DNA of 40,192 nt from a virus (Duplodnaviria > Caudoviricetes), in the IMG/VR virus record IMGVR_UViG_3300012231_000023, positions 1-40,192 of that record; one strand, written 5' to 3'. This document shows positions 16,052 through 26,228 of this stretch, piece after piece (the first letter of the stretch is position 1; every line of letters begins with the position of its first letter). A program made the translations under genes and the position numbers. The notes below the pieces were generated by a model that saw only the letters and a list, made by a program, of their open reading frames with translations, was not told where the DNA came from and made no database searches.

Positions 16052-16076
16052 GGCGCTGATTATACCCTGGCGAGCA

Positions 16077-17267
16077 TCAACTTATGCGCACACGCACAGC
16101 GCCGCCGTCGTTGTACATACCTCCGATGGGGACTCCGGCAGCTTCGGCTGCGGCATCGTCGGCGTAATCTCCAAGGCCCATCTGCACCAGCGTGATGCCG
16201 CTGTCCACGAGATCCACGTTGCTAAGTCGGACAACCTCGTTAAGCGGGTTGCCTTCGACGTCGTTGTTTTTCGCGATCAAGTCACCAAGTGCAACCCCAG
16301 TGGAATTGGTGAGATAGAGCGCGGACGTGAAGCAGTCCTCAACGATTAGGACGCCCATTGCGAGGCTGTCCACTTCGTCAATACGGATACCGGCGTAGTG
16401 AGTCGTCCCGGTTACTGTGACATTCGATACCGTGACTCGCTTGCTTCTGGCCTCACCCCCTCCGGTGTCTGAGAAGATGTGAACCCCCGCCCCTCGACGT
16501 TGGTCCTTCGAGCGGATGCCGCGAATCTGGGCGTCCGTGACCGATCGCAAGTAAACAGCATGGTGGAGCGTAGTAGCTCCTGACGCCGCCCCTGTGCCGT
16601 CGAACTCCGAATCAAGCACCTTTACCCCGTCCGCGTATCCAACGAAGACAACACCCGTGCCAGAAGCATCTGCTGCAGTATCTCCACCAGTTACCTTCAC
16701 ACCACGAACGAACACACTCGAGGACCGAGCCAAAGAGTTGCTTTCCCCGACGTAGAGGACCGACGATCCAAGTCCAGTGCCCGTGCAGTCTAGGAATTCT
16801 AGCCCTGCAACACGGTCTAGCTCAGCACCACGAAACACGTTAGAGAACCTACACCGGAGAAATTCGATGTTCTCAGACGCAGATGCATCCGCGTCGAATA
16901 GCACGCAGCGATTGGACGAGCCGACTGAATTTCCATCGAAGCCGATATCACGAAAGCTCACGTTAGAGCGTGCTGTTCCACCGTCATTAAAAATAGAAAA
17001 AGTGTTCGTCGCTGCTTTGATGATGCTGCGGCGCGAACCGATACCACGGACCATAATCCCAGAAAGCGGTTCAAGAGCGGTCGAAACGATTGATGTGCCG
17101 CCTGGGTGAAATACCTCTGTACCCGTATCGGCAGCTAAAGCAATAGCGCTATTCCAGGCGTCAGTATCGTCCGTTGATCCATCAATTTTGGCTCCGTGCC
17201 AAGTGATATCACCAGGCTCATAAACAGTCCCGATGCGGCGGCCGATAGGGGAGAGGACCGCACTCAT
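16077..17267 (-). CDS. tailspike, pectate-lyase-like beta-helix
   Basis: GAKIDGSTDDTDAWNSAI...VFHPGG start, beta-helix rungs, C-terminal YADDAAAEAAGVPIGGMY motif. Confidence 0.8.
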   Translation of the reverse strand: MSAVLSPIGRRIGTVYEPGDITWHGAKIDGSTDDTDAWNSAIALAADTGTEVFHPGGTSIVSTALEPLSGIMVRGIGSRRSIIKAATNTFSIFNDGGTARSNVSFRDIGFDGNSVGSSNRCVLFDADASASENIEFLRCRFSNVFRGAELDRVAGLEFLDCTGTGLGSSVLYVGESNSLARSSSVFVRGVKVTGGDTAADASGTGVVFVGYADGVKVLDSEFDGTGAASGATTLHHAVYLRSVTDAQIRGIRSKDQRRGAGVHIFSDTGGGEARSKRVTVSNVTVTGTTHYAGIRIDEVDSLAMGVLIVEDCFTSALYLTNSTGVALGDLIAKNNDVEGNPLNEVVRLSNVDLVDSGITLVQMGLGDYADDAAAEAAGVPIGGMYNDGGAVRVRIS

Positions 17268-17647
17268 AGAACCGTCATAGTCATGCCGGTGTGAACTTTG
17301 AGCGTCGCTCCACCGACTAGCCGGAAGGACATGTTGTAGGTGACTGTACCGACTCCGGCATACGTCCAAGTGTGACTAGACGTACACGCGAGCCATGTGT
17401 TGATAGTTCCTGTCGTGAAACTACCGCTAGTCGGGTCAACGCGAACCTCGTAGTTAGCAGCCACTAGAGCAGTGGACGGTGAAACCCAATCCTCTGTATC
17501 TGCTCCACCAGCGCCGTTCCCAAAAACGTGATCCCCGTCGTTTTGAATTTCAGCGCTGGTCGAAATCGCGTTTGACGCATTGGAGAGCGTCGCGGCCAAT
17601 AGACCATTCCCGCCGGATATCGCCGCGAGCAACGTAGCTCCGCTCAC
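17264..17647 (-). CDS. tail fibre tip/adhesin-like protein
   Basis: GTGA-coupled to the fibre gene; MSG..LLAA..GG N-terminus; beta-rich. Confidence 0.6.
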   Translation of the reverse strand: MSGATLLAAISGGNGLLAATLSNASNAISTSAEIQNDGDHVFGNGAGGADTEDWVSPSTALVAANYEVRVDPTSGSFTTGTINTWLACTSSHTWTYAGVGTVTYNMSFRLVGGATLKVHTGMTMTVL

Positions 17648-18777
17648 GTCAACTGCCCTGCGATGTTCCAGTTGCCCGAGCTCGCGTGGATAGCGGCACA
17701 CATGCTCCCGGTTGCCAGCGTGCGGCTTCCGGTGTTGCCGGCGAAAGTCAGCGTGCCACTTGCCGCAATCGTCCAGCTATTGCCCGATGAGTTGACGAGA
17801 ATCACCACCGCGTCGTTTGCTGGATCGCCGTCGAGGGTGAACGTCTGCCCACTACCTGCGGTGAACCGGACAGTCCCGCCAGAGTCAGAGGCGGCAGTAT
17901 TCCCAGTTGACGTGACGTTACGAGACGGCGCGGTTCTATACCCGACCTCAATGCTTCCGTATTGCAGCGTACCGTTAGCAAAGTTGATCGTGGTCGGTGT
18001 CGCACCCGTACGAGCAATACTCAACACCGTCGAGGTAGCGGCTAGCGAATCGTCCAGCGTGAACAGAGCCAGCGTTCCATCGGTGTTCCGCCACTCCCAC
18101 CCCTTCGCGTCTGTGGCTGCGTCAGAGTCTATAAGACGGGTTCTAGGAGCCGTGGCGTTGCTAAGGGATAGAATCTGCCCGGATAGAAACAGGCTACTGC
18201 CCGTCAGTAGAGGGACCGTAGCGGGGAGCATGCCTTCCGGTATCTCCGATGGCGGCGAGGTCAGCACCCACCGATCAGGCGCCGTGTTCGCGTCGTAGGT
18301 GAACTCGTAGAGACCACCGAGCAGGATCGCTCCGCTAGCGAGTGCTACTCCGTCAGGAGTCTGTACCGCGATAGGTCCGAGACCGTTCACATTAACGGTC
18401 GTCGCGCCGGAGTTGTTTGCAGCAGCTCTAACGACAAACCGCTGCCCTTCCTCGTAGGCGGCGATGGCGGGAGAAGGGGTAATGACGAGTGTGTTGGCAG
18501 AGCCGGAGTCAATCCAATATACATGGTCTTGATCTATTAATTCTGTTACCCTTGGGAAACCAGTTAGGGTAGTGGCCGCAGCAGCGTTGGTGAACGTGGT
18601 CGCATTCAAATTTTGCGAAGCCGTCGGGAGTCCGGTGCCATCGCGAAGCATCGCGAGTGACATAGCAGTAGCGATATCCTGGAATTGCTCCGTGAGTTTC
18701 GCTATCTCGATTGGCGGCGATGCCGCCTCCGTGTCGAAATCATAAATCATGGACATCGTGCCGGCCGAGTAAGGCAT
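17644..18777 (-). CDS. tail fibre protein
   Basis: N-terminal anchor, AY..GQRF..RAA..NSGATT.NVNGLG motif common to podophage fibres, C-terminal GSRTLA...W.I.G domain. Confidence 0.8.
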   Translation of the reverse strand: MPYSAGTMSMIYDFDTEAASPPIEIAKLTEQFQDIATAMSLAMLRDGTGLPTASQNLNATTFTNAAAATTLTGFPRVTELIDQDHVYWIDSGSANTLVITPSPAIAAYEEGQRFVVRAAANNSGATTVNVNGLGPIAVQTPDGVALASGAILLGGLYEFTYDANTAPDRWVLTSPPSEIPEGMLPATVPLLTGSSLFLSGQILSLSNATAPRTRLIDSDAATDAKGWEWRNTDGTLALFTLDDSLAATSTVLSIARTGATPTTINFANGTLQYGSIEVGYRTAPSRNVTSTGNTAASDSGGTVRFTAGSGQTFTLDGDPANDAVVILVNSSGNSWTIAASGTLTFAGNTGSRTLATGSMCAAIHASSGNWNIAGQLT

Positions 18778-18790
18778 CTCAGAGGCTCCT

Positions 18791-19300
18791 ATGGCAAACG
18801 TCAGAAACCATCCGCTTTATGCTGTTTGGTGCGATATGCGGAGGCGATGCAGATCGCCGAAAGACCCAGGATACCAACACTACGGCGGACGCGGGATATC
18901 GGTGTGCAAAGAGTGGAACGAATCGTTCCATAAATTTGTCGCCGACATGGGGCCGCGCCCAGCGGGCTACGTTATTGATCGCATTAACAACGATGGTAAC
19001 TACGAGCCAGGTAATTGCAGATGGACTACGGTTCTTGAGAATGCCAGGAATCGACGCTACCCGCGGAGAATGAAACAAACCGCGGAAAAAATGCACGCAG
19101 CGTGGAAGAGACTGGCGCGGCAGATCCGTAGAGAAAAAACAGTGTTCAAGTGCGGGCACCCATACGTGCCTGCTAACATTTATTGGCGCCCAAAACACAG
19201 ATCGAACTACTGCAAGCAATGCCGAAATGAGAGCACGAACGCTGCTCACAAAAGGCGACGCGCTCGTTTGCGAGACGCCCACCTATCTGCTCCCTTGTAG
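18791..19300 (+). CDS. free-standing HNH homing endonuclease with C-terminal Zn finger
   Basis: HPLY.VW..MRRRC.......Y..YGGRGISVC.EW...F..DMG.RP....IDRINNDGNYEPGNCRW; CGHPY...YCKQC; opposite strand to the operon. Confidence 0.9.
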   Translation: MANVRNHPLYAVWCDMRRRCRSPKDPGYQHYGGRGISVCKEWNESFHKFVADMGPRPAGYVIDRINNDGNYEPGNCRWTTVLENARNRRYPRRMKQTAEKMHAAWKRLARQIRREKTVFKCGHPYVPANIYWRPKHRSNYCKQCRNESTNAAHKRRRARLRDAHLSAPL

Positions 19301-20779
19301 TCGCTCGGCCAAAAGCCGCCTGCGGTTTTCTTCGGCGGTTCCTATTCCTAGCGTAGCTGACGGTAGATACCCGAGCTGAGGGAGGGATTCTCCGGTGAGC
19401 CGCCGTCCCATTGCGCTAGCCGCTCCGCTTCTGACGAGTTCATCCACGCCTCGCGCTGCTGATTTACGCATCGCAGAGGCACCGTGACGGGCGGCGACAC
19501 CAGTAGCCGCAAGGCCAAGGCCAAGATCAGGCGAAGCAACGCCAGCGATATACGTCCCAATCGACGGCAGACCGCCCTTAAACGGGTCGAACTTGCCCCA
19601 TGCTTGGAGAAAGTTTTGAATGTTTCCGCCTTCGGCGACTTTGTTGATGGCGGCGCGCTCAGCTTCACTGAAACGGCGAATCCTTCTAGGGTTATCGGCG
19701 AGCTGTTTGAACTGTGTTCGGAGTGCATTTTGCATTCCTGAAACCGAATACTGCCCGGCCTGCCGCTTCGCTCGGTCGAATAGGTTTTCAATGTCCTGCG
19801 CCTTTCGTTGAACGTGCCAAAGGTTGCGAGCGGTTCGGTATTCCGCAGTCGAGCTCGGTAGCTGTTGCTCAATGAAGTCGTCGAAGTCGTCGAGCAACTG
19901 CCCAGCTAGTCGCGCGTCGCTTGTGATCTCGCCCTTGCCGGCAATGATTGCATCGTTTTCGGCGCTCGATAGAACCTTACGCAAGGTCTCTGCGCCCTGT
20001 ACAGAATGACCGGCTATCCCTGGCCGCGTGGCATCTTCGTAAAGGCGCTTGAGCCCGATCATTGTGTTGGGGTTAAGGTCGGCGTCGAAGCCCTCCTTAG
20101 CCAACATCTGCTCGACCTGAGTCACGAACCCGCCGAGATTGTTCTGCGGCAGCATCCCGCCAGTTTGCTCGGCGCGCTGGTAGGCTTGCTGCGAGGCGGC
20201 TTTGATCTCTGGCCGTGTCGGTATTGCAGCGCGGCGGGACATACGCGATTTCATGGCACCGATGCCCGGAATGACTCCGAGCCCGAGCCCGATAAGGTTG
20301 CCAGTGGCCCGCTTCGCCGGGTCGGGATTTTCTAGATCCATCCCGGCCTCGAGCGCCTGCGGAACGCCAGTCAATCGCGCAGCCTTATCGACGCCAGAGA
20401 GCATCGCCTGCCCTTCTGGTGTTCGCGGCTGATAGGTTCCGACTGGTTGCCCCGTAGGTAGTTCTAGCGCCTCCATGCCCGCATTCCAGGCGTAGTTGAG
20501 CGGAGCAGCGACCATCCCAGTCCCCACAGACAAAGCCGCCTCACCAGCGCCAAGGCCGAGCCGCTGCGTAGGGCTCAAGGCAAGGCGCGCGGACTCGACG
20601 GCGCCCATGGGCTTTTGCGGCTCTTCTGCCGGCACCGGTGGCCCTACAAACTGCCGTGGCTGGTCTGCTGGCATAGCGCGAATAGCCTGCGCGAGCTTGG
20701 TAGCTGCCGCGGTGTCGCCTGCCGCGTCAGCGGCCCGTAGTGCTTGCTCTAGCCTCTTTCGATCAGGGGGCGGGGGCAT
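19283..20779 (-). CDS. internal virion / DNA ejection protein
   Basis: Ala/Gly-rich helical; LEQALRAADAAGDTAAA..LA N-terminal motif; third of three such genes after the nozzle. Confidence 0.7.
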   Translation of the reverse strand: MPPPPDRKRLEQALRAADAAGDTAAATKLAQAIRAMPADQPRQFVGPPVPAEEPQKPMGAVESARLALSPTQRLGLGAGEAALSVGTGMVAAPLNYAWNAGMEALELPTGQPVGTYQPRTPEGQAMLSGVDKAARLTGVPQALEAGMDLENPDPAKRATGNLIGLGLGVIPGIGAMKSRMSRRAAIPTRPEIKAASQQAYQRAEQTGGMLPQNNLGGFVTQVEQMLAKEGFDADLNPNTMIGLKRLYEDATRPGIAGHSVQGAETLRKVLSSAENDAIIAGKGEITSDARLAGQLLDDFDDFIEQQLPSSTAEYRTARNLWHVQRKAQDIENLFDRAKRQAGQYSVSGMQNALRTQFKQLADNPRRIRRFSEAERAAINKVAEGGNIQNFLQAWGKFDPFKGGLPSIGTYIAGVASPDLGLGLAATGVAARHGASAMRKSAARGVDELVRSGAASAMGRRLTGESLPQLGYLPSATLGIGTAEENRRRLLAERLQGSR

Positions 20780-21977
20780 ATTTGTTCAGCAGTGCGTCAA
20801 GTTCTGCACCCGCTCCACCTTCCTGCGATTCGACGTTAAACAGAGCTGCGTCAAGGTCAGAAATGAAGGCTTCGAGCTCGGCGATCGCCTTTGCCCTTAC
20901 TGCCGGATACATTTCCGGGCCAGGTAGCTGTAGCTGCGCTAAGCGCTGCTCGAGGTCCGACTGGGCACCGACGCCTGGAGTACGGGTCAACGCCGTAAGT
21001 TCGGTCAATAGCTGCGCGTTGGCTTGATTCAGCTCCTGCCCGCTTGGCAGCGCTCCGCTGATCGTCCCGACAATCGGCCCGCCAGTCTTGAGCGCTTCCG
21101 ATGCGGACTTGACACGAGCCAATCGCCGTTGAGCAGCGTCGATTCTCACCGACTTGATACCACCGCGAGCTTCGCCAGTGGTCGTGGCCTCCGCTACTGC
21201 TCCGGCCTTGGCTGCTGCTCCGGCCGCTCCAGCGGGGTCAGAAAGCACCGTGGTCGGCTTGTCAGGATTCAGCGGGTCGAGACCGAGAATGCCGCCTCCT
21301 GGGGTATCTCTGAACTGGTAGGGCGCGGTCCGCACCAAAGTGGACGGGTCATTGCTTTCGACGAATGTGGCCCATGACTCTGCCGTATAGTCGCGCGGGT
21401 TATACCGTCCATACGTCTGATTACGCGGAACGAGCTTGCTAGGGTCTCCAGTACGCTGATATTCGGCCAGGCTCGATGGCTCGAAGTCTGACGGGTTAGC
21501 CGGGCTCACAAGCCGGTCTTTCTTTCCGGTTTCAGTCGGGAACAGTCTCTCTGTCGAGACCTGGCCCAAAATCTGCTCCTGCTGCTCGAGCGGCAGGGCG
21601 CCGATGGATTGCATGGCCGACTCTTGCTCGGGATTGAATGGAGCAGGTTGACCGGGACGCAGTACACCAGACCCCGGTTGCCCTGGCTGGATCGGTGGAT
21701 TCTGGACCAAGCCACGAAGTCTCGCGCCCATCGCTTGCCGTTCCTGGGCGTTGAGCTCGTCCTCGCGCGTGTCCGCTCCGCGACCTATAGCACCTCCTGC
21801 TAGAGCTTGCCCGAGCTGCACGAGCCCGTGCTCCACACCGTAGGTCGGAGTGATACGAGAACCGGCCCACTCTCGCGGGGCGCCTTGCTGACTTTGGGCC
21901 ATCAGCACATCAGCCAAAGCACGCCGACGTTTGATATCGGTTCGCTCGGTCTCAACGTCTTGGAGTTTGGTGGGCAT
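20763..21977 (-). CDS. internal virion / DNA ejection protein
   Basis: Position and composition; GAQSD.E motif; short internal repeat (DF..S.A....GDP..LV). Confidence 0.7.
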   Translation of the reverse strand: MPTKLQDVETERTDIKRRRALADVLMAQSQQGAPREWAGSRITPTYGVEHGLVQLGQALAGGAIGRGADTREDELNAQERQAMGARLRGLVQNPPIQPGQPGSGVLRPGQPAPFNPEQESAMQSIGALPLEQQEQILGQVSTERLFPTETGKKDRLVSPANPSDFEPSSLAEYQRTGDPSKLVPRNQTYGRYNPRDYTAESWATFVESNDPSTLVRTAPYQFRDTPGGGILGLDPLNPDKPTTVLSDPAGAAGAAAKAGAVAEATTTGEARGGIKSVRIDAAQRRLARVKSASEALKTGGPIVGTISGALPSGQELNQANAQLLTELTALTRTPGVGAQSDLEQRLAQLQLPGPEMYPAVRAKAIAELEAFISDLDAALFNVESQEGGAGAELDALLNKYAPAP

Positions 21978-21979
21978 GG

Positions 21980-22894
21980 CTACGGCTTCGCTATTCGCTT
22001 AGCGATTGCCCCTCCGACTGGCCCACCCGCTACAGCGCCACCCAAGCCGAATAGGCCGCTCATCAAAGCGTTGCGGGATTGCTGTTTGGCGTTGTAGGCG
22101 TCGATCTGCCCTTGGTAGCTGTTATAGATTGGGTTTGTGATATCCGCCGGCCCTGTGGCTACGTCCGGAGCACCTTGGAACTGAGGCAGTTGAGCAGGGT
22201 CGCGCATCCCGCTAACAGAGGCGAATTCCTGAAACGGCCGGTCCCGCAAGGTTAGAAGCTCGTTCATTCCTCGATCCCGTGAATCCGCACTCATGTTGTA
22301 CAAGCCCTGCATTTCAGCCATACCCCCTGTAATCGCTGAATCTCTAGCTTGCCCGTAGTCGAATTCCCGCTCCCGGCCGAACTGACCACGAGCGTTGTTC
22401 CAAGCCTCCGACCCCTCGACTACGCCCTTGTTCGCTAGCTGGGTCTCTAAGCCTCTTTCCCGCTCTGCGTAGGCGGGGTCTAGGAACGATGCCTGACGGT
22501 TGTAGAGCGCATCCTGGGTCTGCTTGCGCGCCCCCAGGAGGTCCCCTTCGCCATACCGCTGCTGTAACCCTGATGTGTCAACCGGCTGGCCGTAGGCCTG
22601 CTGTACCCCTGGTAGAAGGCTTCCAGACACACCCCCCACAGCCTGGCTCTGCCCGGTCTGCTGCTGGTACAAGGCCTGCTGCTCGGGACTCAGCTGGACG
22701 CTCTCATCCCACATCGGCGCCCCCGTAGTGGGATCGGTGCCGCGGTAGTTGAACGTCTGCGAACCCAAAGGCGTGGAAACGTTCCCACGATTGATCGCCG
22801 CGTTGTACCCGGCAGCTTGCTGGTTCAGCTGGGTCTGCTGCCCGGCGACCTGGGTAGGATCAGGCGGCGGCGGCGGCTTGGACTTCTTGCCCAT
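21980..22894 (-). CDS. DNA ejection/pilot protein
   Basis: MGKKSKPPPPPDP N-terminus, Gln-rich, Gly-rich hydrophobic C-terminus. Confidence 0.75.
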   Translation of the reverse strand: MGKKSKPPPPPDPTQVAGQQTQLNQQAAGYNAAINRGNVSTPLGSQTFNYRGTDPTTGAPMWDESVQLSPEQQALYQQQTGQSQAVGGVSGSLLPGVQQAYGQPVDTSGLQQRYGEGDLLGARKQTQDALYNRQASFLDPAYAERERGLETQLANKGVVEGSEAWNNARGQFGREREFDYGQARDSAITGGMAEMQGLYNMSADSRDRGMNELLTLRDRPFQEFASVSGMRDPAQLPQFQGAPDVATGPADITNPIYNSYQGQIDAYNAKQQSRNALMSGLFGLGGAVAGGPVGGAIAKRIAKP

Positions 22895-23294
22895 AGAAGC
22901 GGCACTCCGATTTTAGTAGCCCCAAAACAATCACGTCCTCGCCATCCGGCCCCGCCTCGCGCATGCGACCTTCGTAGACAAATCCCAAGTGCCGATCGAG
23001 CTTCAACGCCCGTTCGTTGGTTGCCGGAACGAACGCAGTGACACGTCGCAATCCGAGCTGCACGAACGGATACCGGAACGCCGCCGACAGGAACTCAGGC
23101 ACGCACCACTTGCGACCGTGCAAAGCAGCAACGTGCATCGAGATATCGGACTCCGAGAGGTTATTGTAGACCGCCACGGCTAGCAGTTCTCCGTTTCGCT
23201 CGTAGCCAATCGCCTGCGACCACGGTCCCCATTCCCGATTGCTCAGAATCTTCTCGGCAAAAGCCAGGCAACGGTCACGGTCGAAGCAGATCAT
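22860..23294 (-). CDS. GNAT-fold acetyltransferase-like tail-region protein
   Basis: AFRYPF.QLG.RRVT..V...N.RALKL..HLGF..EG..R RimL-type GNAT pattern; usual podophage position. Confidence 0.85.
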   Translation of the reverse strand: MICFDRDRCLAFAEKILSNREWGPWSQAIGYERNGELLAVAVYNNLSESDISMHVAALHGRKWCVPEFLSAAFRYPFVQLGLRRVTAFVPATNERALKLDRHLGFVYEGRMREAGPDGEDVIVLGLLKSECRFYGQEVQAAAAA

Positions 23295-24865
23295 ATCGCC
23301 GGCCCTCTCGCCTCTTCGTAGACGAGATCCGTCGCGGACCACGAAGCGTTAACGTCGATCGGCTGCAGTCGCAAGCGTGGAGCAATCGCAGCCCCGTAGC
23401 CTACAGCCGTCTGCCAGTCCACAAAGGCTTCCGTAGCCCCCGCCCAGGTCACGTCCCAAATCCCGCCCCACGGGTCATTACCTGACCCTACACCGATGGT
23501 TTGCATGACAGTCGGTGGGGTGTCTTCGTAGTCCACGTCGATATCGACTGCCATGTTCACTTGACCGCCAATCGCAAGGATTGGACGAATCATGGTGACG
23601 AGCTTTCCTCGACCGCGGGACTTGAAGTAGTTGAACGCCTGCTTCCCGTCCGCCGTGATGTCTAGGTCATCGTCTTGGTGCCCGATATCCGCCTTGGCTA
23701 GAACACCGTTACCGCCGAAGTACAGTTGATCGCGCGAGACCTCGAAACAGAACGCATTCCAGCCGGTGAACTTGCACCACGAGCCATGCTGCATGTTCAT
23801 GACCCACTGTCTAGCTGCGACGTTCTCGTTCGTCGGCACGTTCACAATGAGTTTTGACCCGGTGGGATGAGTCATGATCTGCCAGCCGAACCTCCCGCCG
23901 TGGATCAGCACGTCACCCGTGATGAGCTTCCGTATCTTGTCCGTGACTGACAGGGTAGGGTCATACTTCTGCGCTGCTATCGTCGCTCGGAGCGGATAAG
24001 CACCGTCCGCGCACATCACGACAGCATCAGCTCCGTACTTCGTCCAAACGCGATTACCCTGCTGTACCGGCCTGCCGATGACGAAGTGCGCCACTCGAGA
24101 CCAAGTGGTAATAGACGCTGGATCAGTACCAGCGAACGCAACTACTTCCCCCTCGGTCGAAACGAAGGCGATGTAATCCACGAGGTCATTGAGCGAGTCG
24201 GTAAGCGTCACAATCGAGTGCAGCCGTCCACCGCGCTTGAACAGCGAAGCCAGGTTGAGCTCGGTGAGCGCCCCGGTAATTGATCGGACCGGCAAGTACC
24301 AAACCGAAAAACTGTTCTTCTCGCCGAACCACAACCGATCTTCGTACACCGCGACGGTGAACAGGTCCGCCGTAGTCACTCCGGTCATAGTAGAAACGGT
24401 CCACGTCGAACCGTCGTACTGCAAGGCCGAGTCTGCACCGTTCACCAGTACCGCGAACTGCCCACCGATGGTGCCGAAGTTCTGGTAATCATACCGAGTC
24501 GAGGTGACCGCTTGAACTGTGGCGCCGGCGCCGCCGACTACCGGAACCGACAGAGCTCCACCAGCGGTGCCGTTGAAGATCGAACGTGTAGAACCGTTCA
24601 CGACCGCGGTGAAAACGCTCGTAGCCACTGAGCCTGAGTAAACGATGATCGTCTCGCACTGCCCTGTGAAAGTAGCGTACGGGTCATACCCCAGCCGAAC
24701 GTCAACGCTCGTCGGAGTCGGAAAGAAGTTGTCCAAGACAAGTGCGTCGGTCTCGTCCATGTTCGCCACGGAGTCTCGAGCGTTAAGTCCACCAACCGGA
24801 GCAGGCAACGAAACCTGCTTCGAGACCGGAGCGCCGCGGCGGACTGAGTAGGCTGGCTGTCGCAT
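23291..24865 (-). CDS. tail nozzle / packaged-DNA stabilisation protein (P22 gp10-like role)
   Basis: LPAPVGGLNARD N-terminus, beta-propeller-like composition, TGATG coupling to the adaptor. Confidence 0.8.
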   Translation of the reverse strand: MRQPAYSVRRGAPVSKQVSLPAPVGGLNARDSVANMDETDALVLDNFFPTPTSVDVRLGYDPYATFTGQCETIIVYSGSVATSVFTAVVNGSTRSIFNGTAGGALSVPVVGGAGATVQAVTSTRYDYQNFGTIGGQFAVLVNGADSALQYDGSTWTVSTMTGVTTADLFTVAVYEDRLWFGEKNSFSVWYLPVRSITGALTELNLASLFKRGGRLHSIVTLTDSLNDLVDYIAFVSTEGEVVAFAGTDPASITTWSRVAHFVIGRPVQQGNRVWTKYGADAVVMCADGAYPLRATIAAQKYDPTLSVTDKIRKLITGDVLIHGGRFGWQIMTHPTGSKLIVNVPTNENVAARQWVMNMQHGSWCKFTGWNAFCFEVSRDQLYFGGNGVLAKADIGHQDDDLDITADGKQAFNYFKSRGRGKLVTMIRPILAIGGQVNMAVDIDVDYEDTPPTVMQTIGVGSGNDPWGGIWDVTWAGATEAFVDWQTAVGYGAAIAPRLRLQPIDVNASWSATDLVYEEARGPAI

Positions 24866-25590
24866 CAGACGTTCCATGAACCGACGGGAACGACCACGAA
24901 TGGCCGATACTCCCCAGTCGAGCCCATCATCGAAAGCGTTGGCTTGGTTCCATCCCTCGCCATGGCATCGGCAACCATTCGCTCGTAAGTCACGAAGTCC
25001 TCGGTGTAGTCGAGCTTCTTGGCTGCTCGCCACCGCCACAACAGACCTTGCTGCATGATGTCTTCGTCTAGCAGCATCTCGTCGCTATCGACCGTGATCG
25101 CTTGCTTGTACGTCGTCCCTAATGTGTCAGTGGCCCACATGCGGTCCACGTACTCAAACGCGCACGTCTCCCCGGCTGCAGGGACCGGAGAGAAGAGCAG
25201 CGTATTGCCGCGGATTCGGTATTCGCTGATCGGCCCAGTGACTGAAAACGCCTTGTACGCCTGCCAATGCTTGGGTGACTTCGGACCTAACACCGGCCAA
25301 ATGCGGTCACGGTTCCAAATCGTGTCGTTGACGATGTACCGGAACGTGTGCCCAACATCCCCTGCGGTGATGATCGAGGCAATAGTCCCTTGAGACTCAG
25401 TAGCCAACGTGAGGAACGTCACCTCACGAATCAGCACCTGCCACGCGTACCGAGACGATAGCTCTTTCCCTTCCTTGTTCAACAGCCTAACAAGCTGCAT
25501 GATCTGAGGATCGGTGGACGACAGAGCGCTAGTCGGATTCGGTAGCCCGATCTCAACGCACGTCGTCTGGATGATGGAAAGAGCCGTCAT
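24865..25590 (-). CDS. head-tail adaptor / tail tubular protein A-like
   Basis: Helical N-terminus, W..L motif, synteny before the nozzle. Confidence 0.75.
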   Translation of the reverse strand: MTALSIIQTTCVEIGLPNPTSALSSTDPQIMQLVRLLNKEGKELSSRYAWQVLIREVTFLTLATESQGTIASIITAGDVGHTFRYIVNDTIWNRDRIWPVLGPKSPKHWQAYKAFSVTGPISEYRIRGNTLLFSPVPAAGETCAFEYVDRMWATDTLGTTYKQAITVDSDEMLLDEDIMQQGLLWRWRAAKKLDYTEDFVTYERMVADAMARDGTKPTLSMMGSTGEYRPFVVVPVGSWNV

Positions 25591-25592
25591 GG

Positions 25593-26219
25593 CTAATTCT
25601 CAGCGACTTTCCTCGGTCTACCTGGACCACGCTTTTCCTCGAATCCATCCAACCGCGAAACGAGGTTCGCAAGCTGGTCCTCGAGCTGCTTGATCCGGAT
25701 ATCCTTGTCCGCTGCTTCTGCTCGCAAAGCCGCTAACTGCTCGGAGTTGCCGTGCGACAAGCGCGAGTCGAGAAACGCCTGTGCCCGATCCTTGTCGGCT
25801 CGTGACCCCATCCCCGCCCGTTGCATAGACTCCTCGTTCATCCCTGCGACGTCTTCAACGGTGAACACGCCCATCTGCGCGTAGTTCTCCGCTCGGGCTT
25901 TGGTGATTGACGCCCAGTCTTTCAGCGGAAACCCCTCGGGGGGGGCTTCGCGGCCTTCCTTCCACTGGTTGTACCGCTTGCGAAAACCGATCGCCCACTC
26001 ATTGGGCAATCCACCACTCCCCGCTAGACGGTCGTTGTCGTCCAACCACTCGGTGGCGATTTTCTCTACTGTGTCCTTCGAGCCAATCTGCCGGATGATG
26101 GCGTAGTCCACAGATTTCATGACTAATCGACCAGCGGCAATCGTCGCGTTGCGGTCCTCCTCGGAGCGTTCCTCGTAAATCACGTACGGGGGTCTGGCTT
26201 GCATGACAGCGATGTTCAT
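25593..26219 (-). CDS. conserved phage protein with coiled coil and AT-hook-like tail
   Basis: TVEDVA motif, coiled coil, KRGPGRPRK. Confidence 0.7.
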   Translation of the reverse strand: MNIAVMQARPPYVIYEERSEEDRNATIAAGRLVMKSVDYAIIRQIGSKDTVEKIATEWLDDNDRLAGSGGLPNEWAIGFRKRYNQWKEGREAPPEGFPLKDWASITKARAENYAQMGVFTVEDVAGMNEESMQRAGMGSRADKDRAQAFLDSRLSHGNSEQLAALRAEAADKDIRIKQLEDQLANLVSRLDGFEEKRGPGRPRKVAEN

Positions 26220-26228
26220 TGTGGTTTC

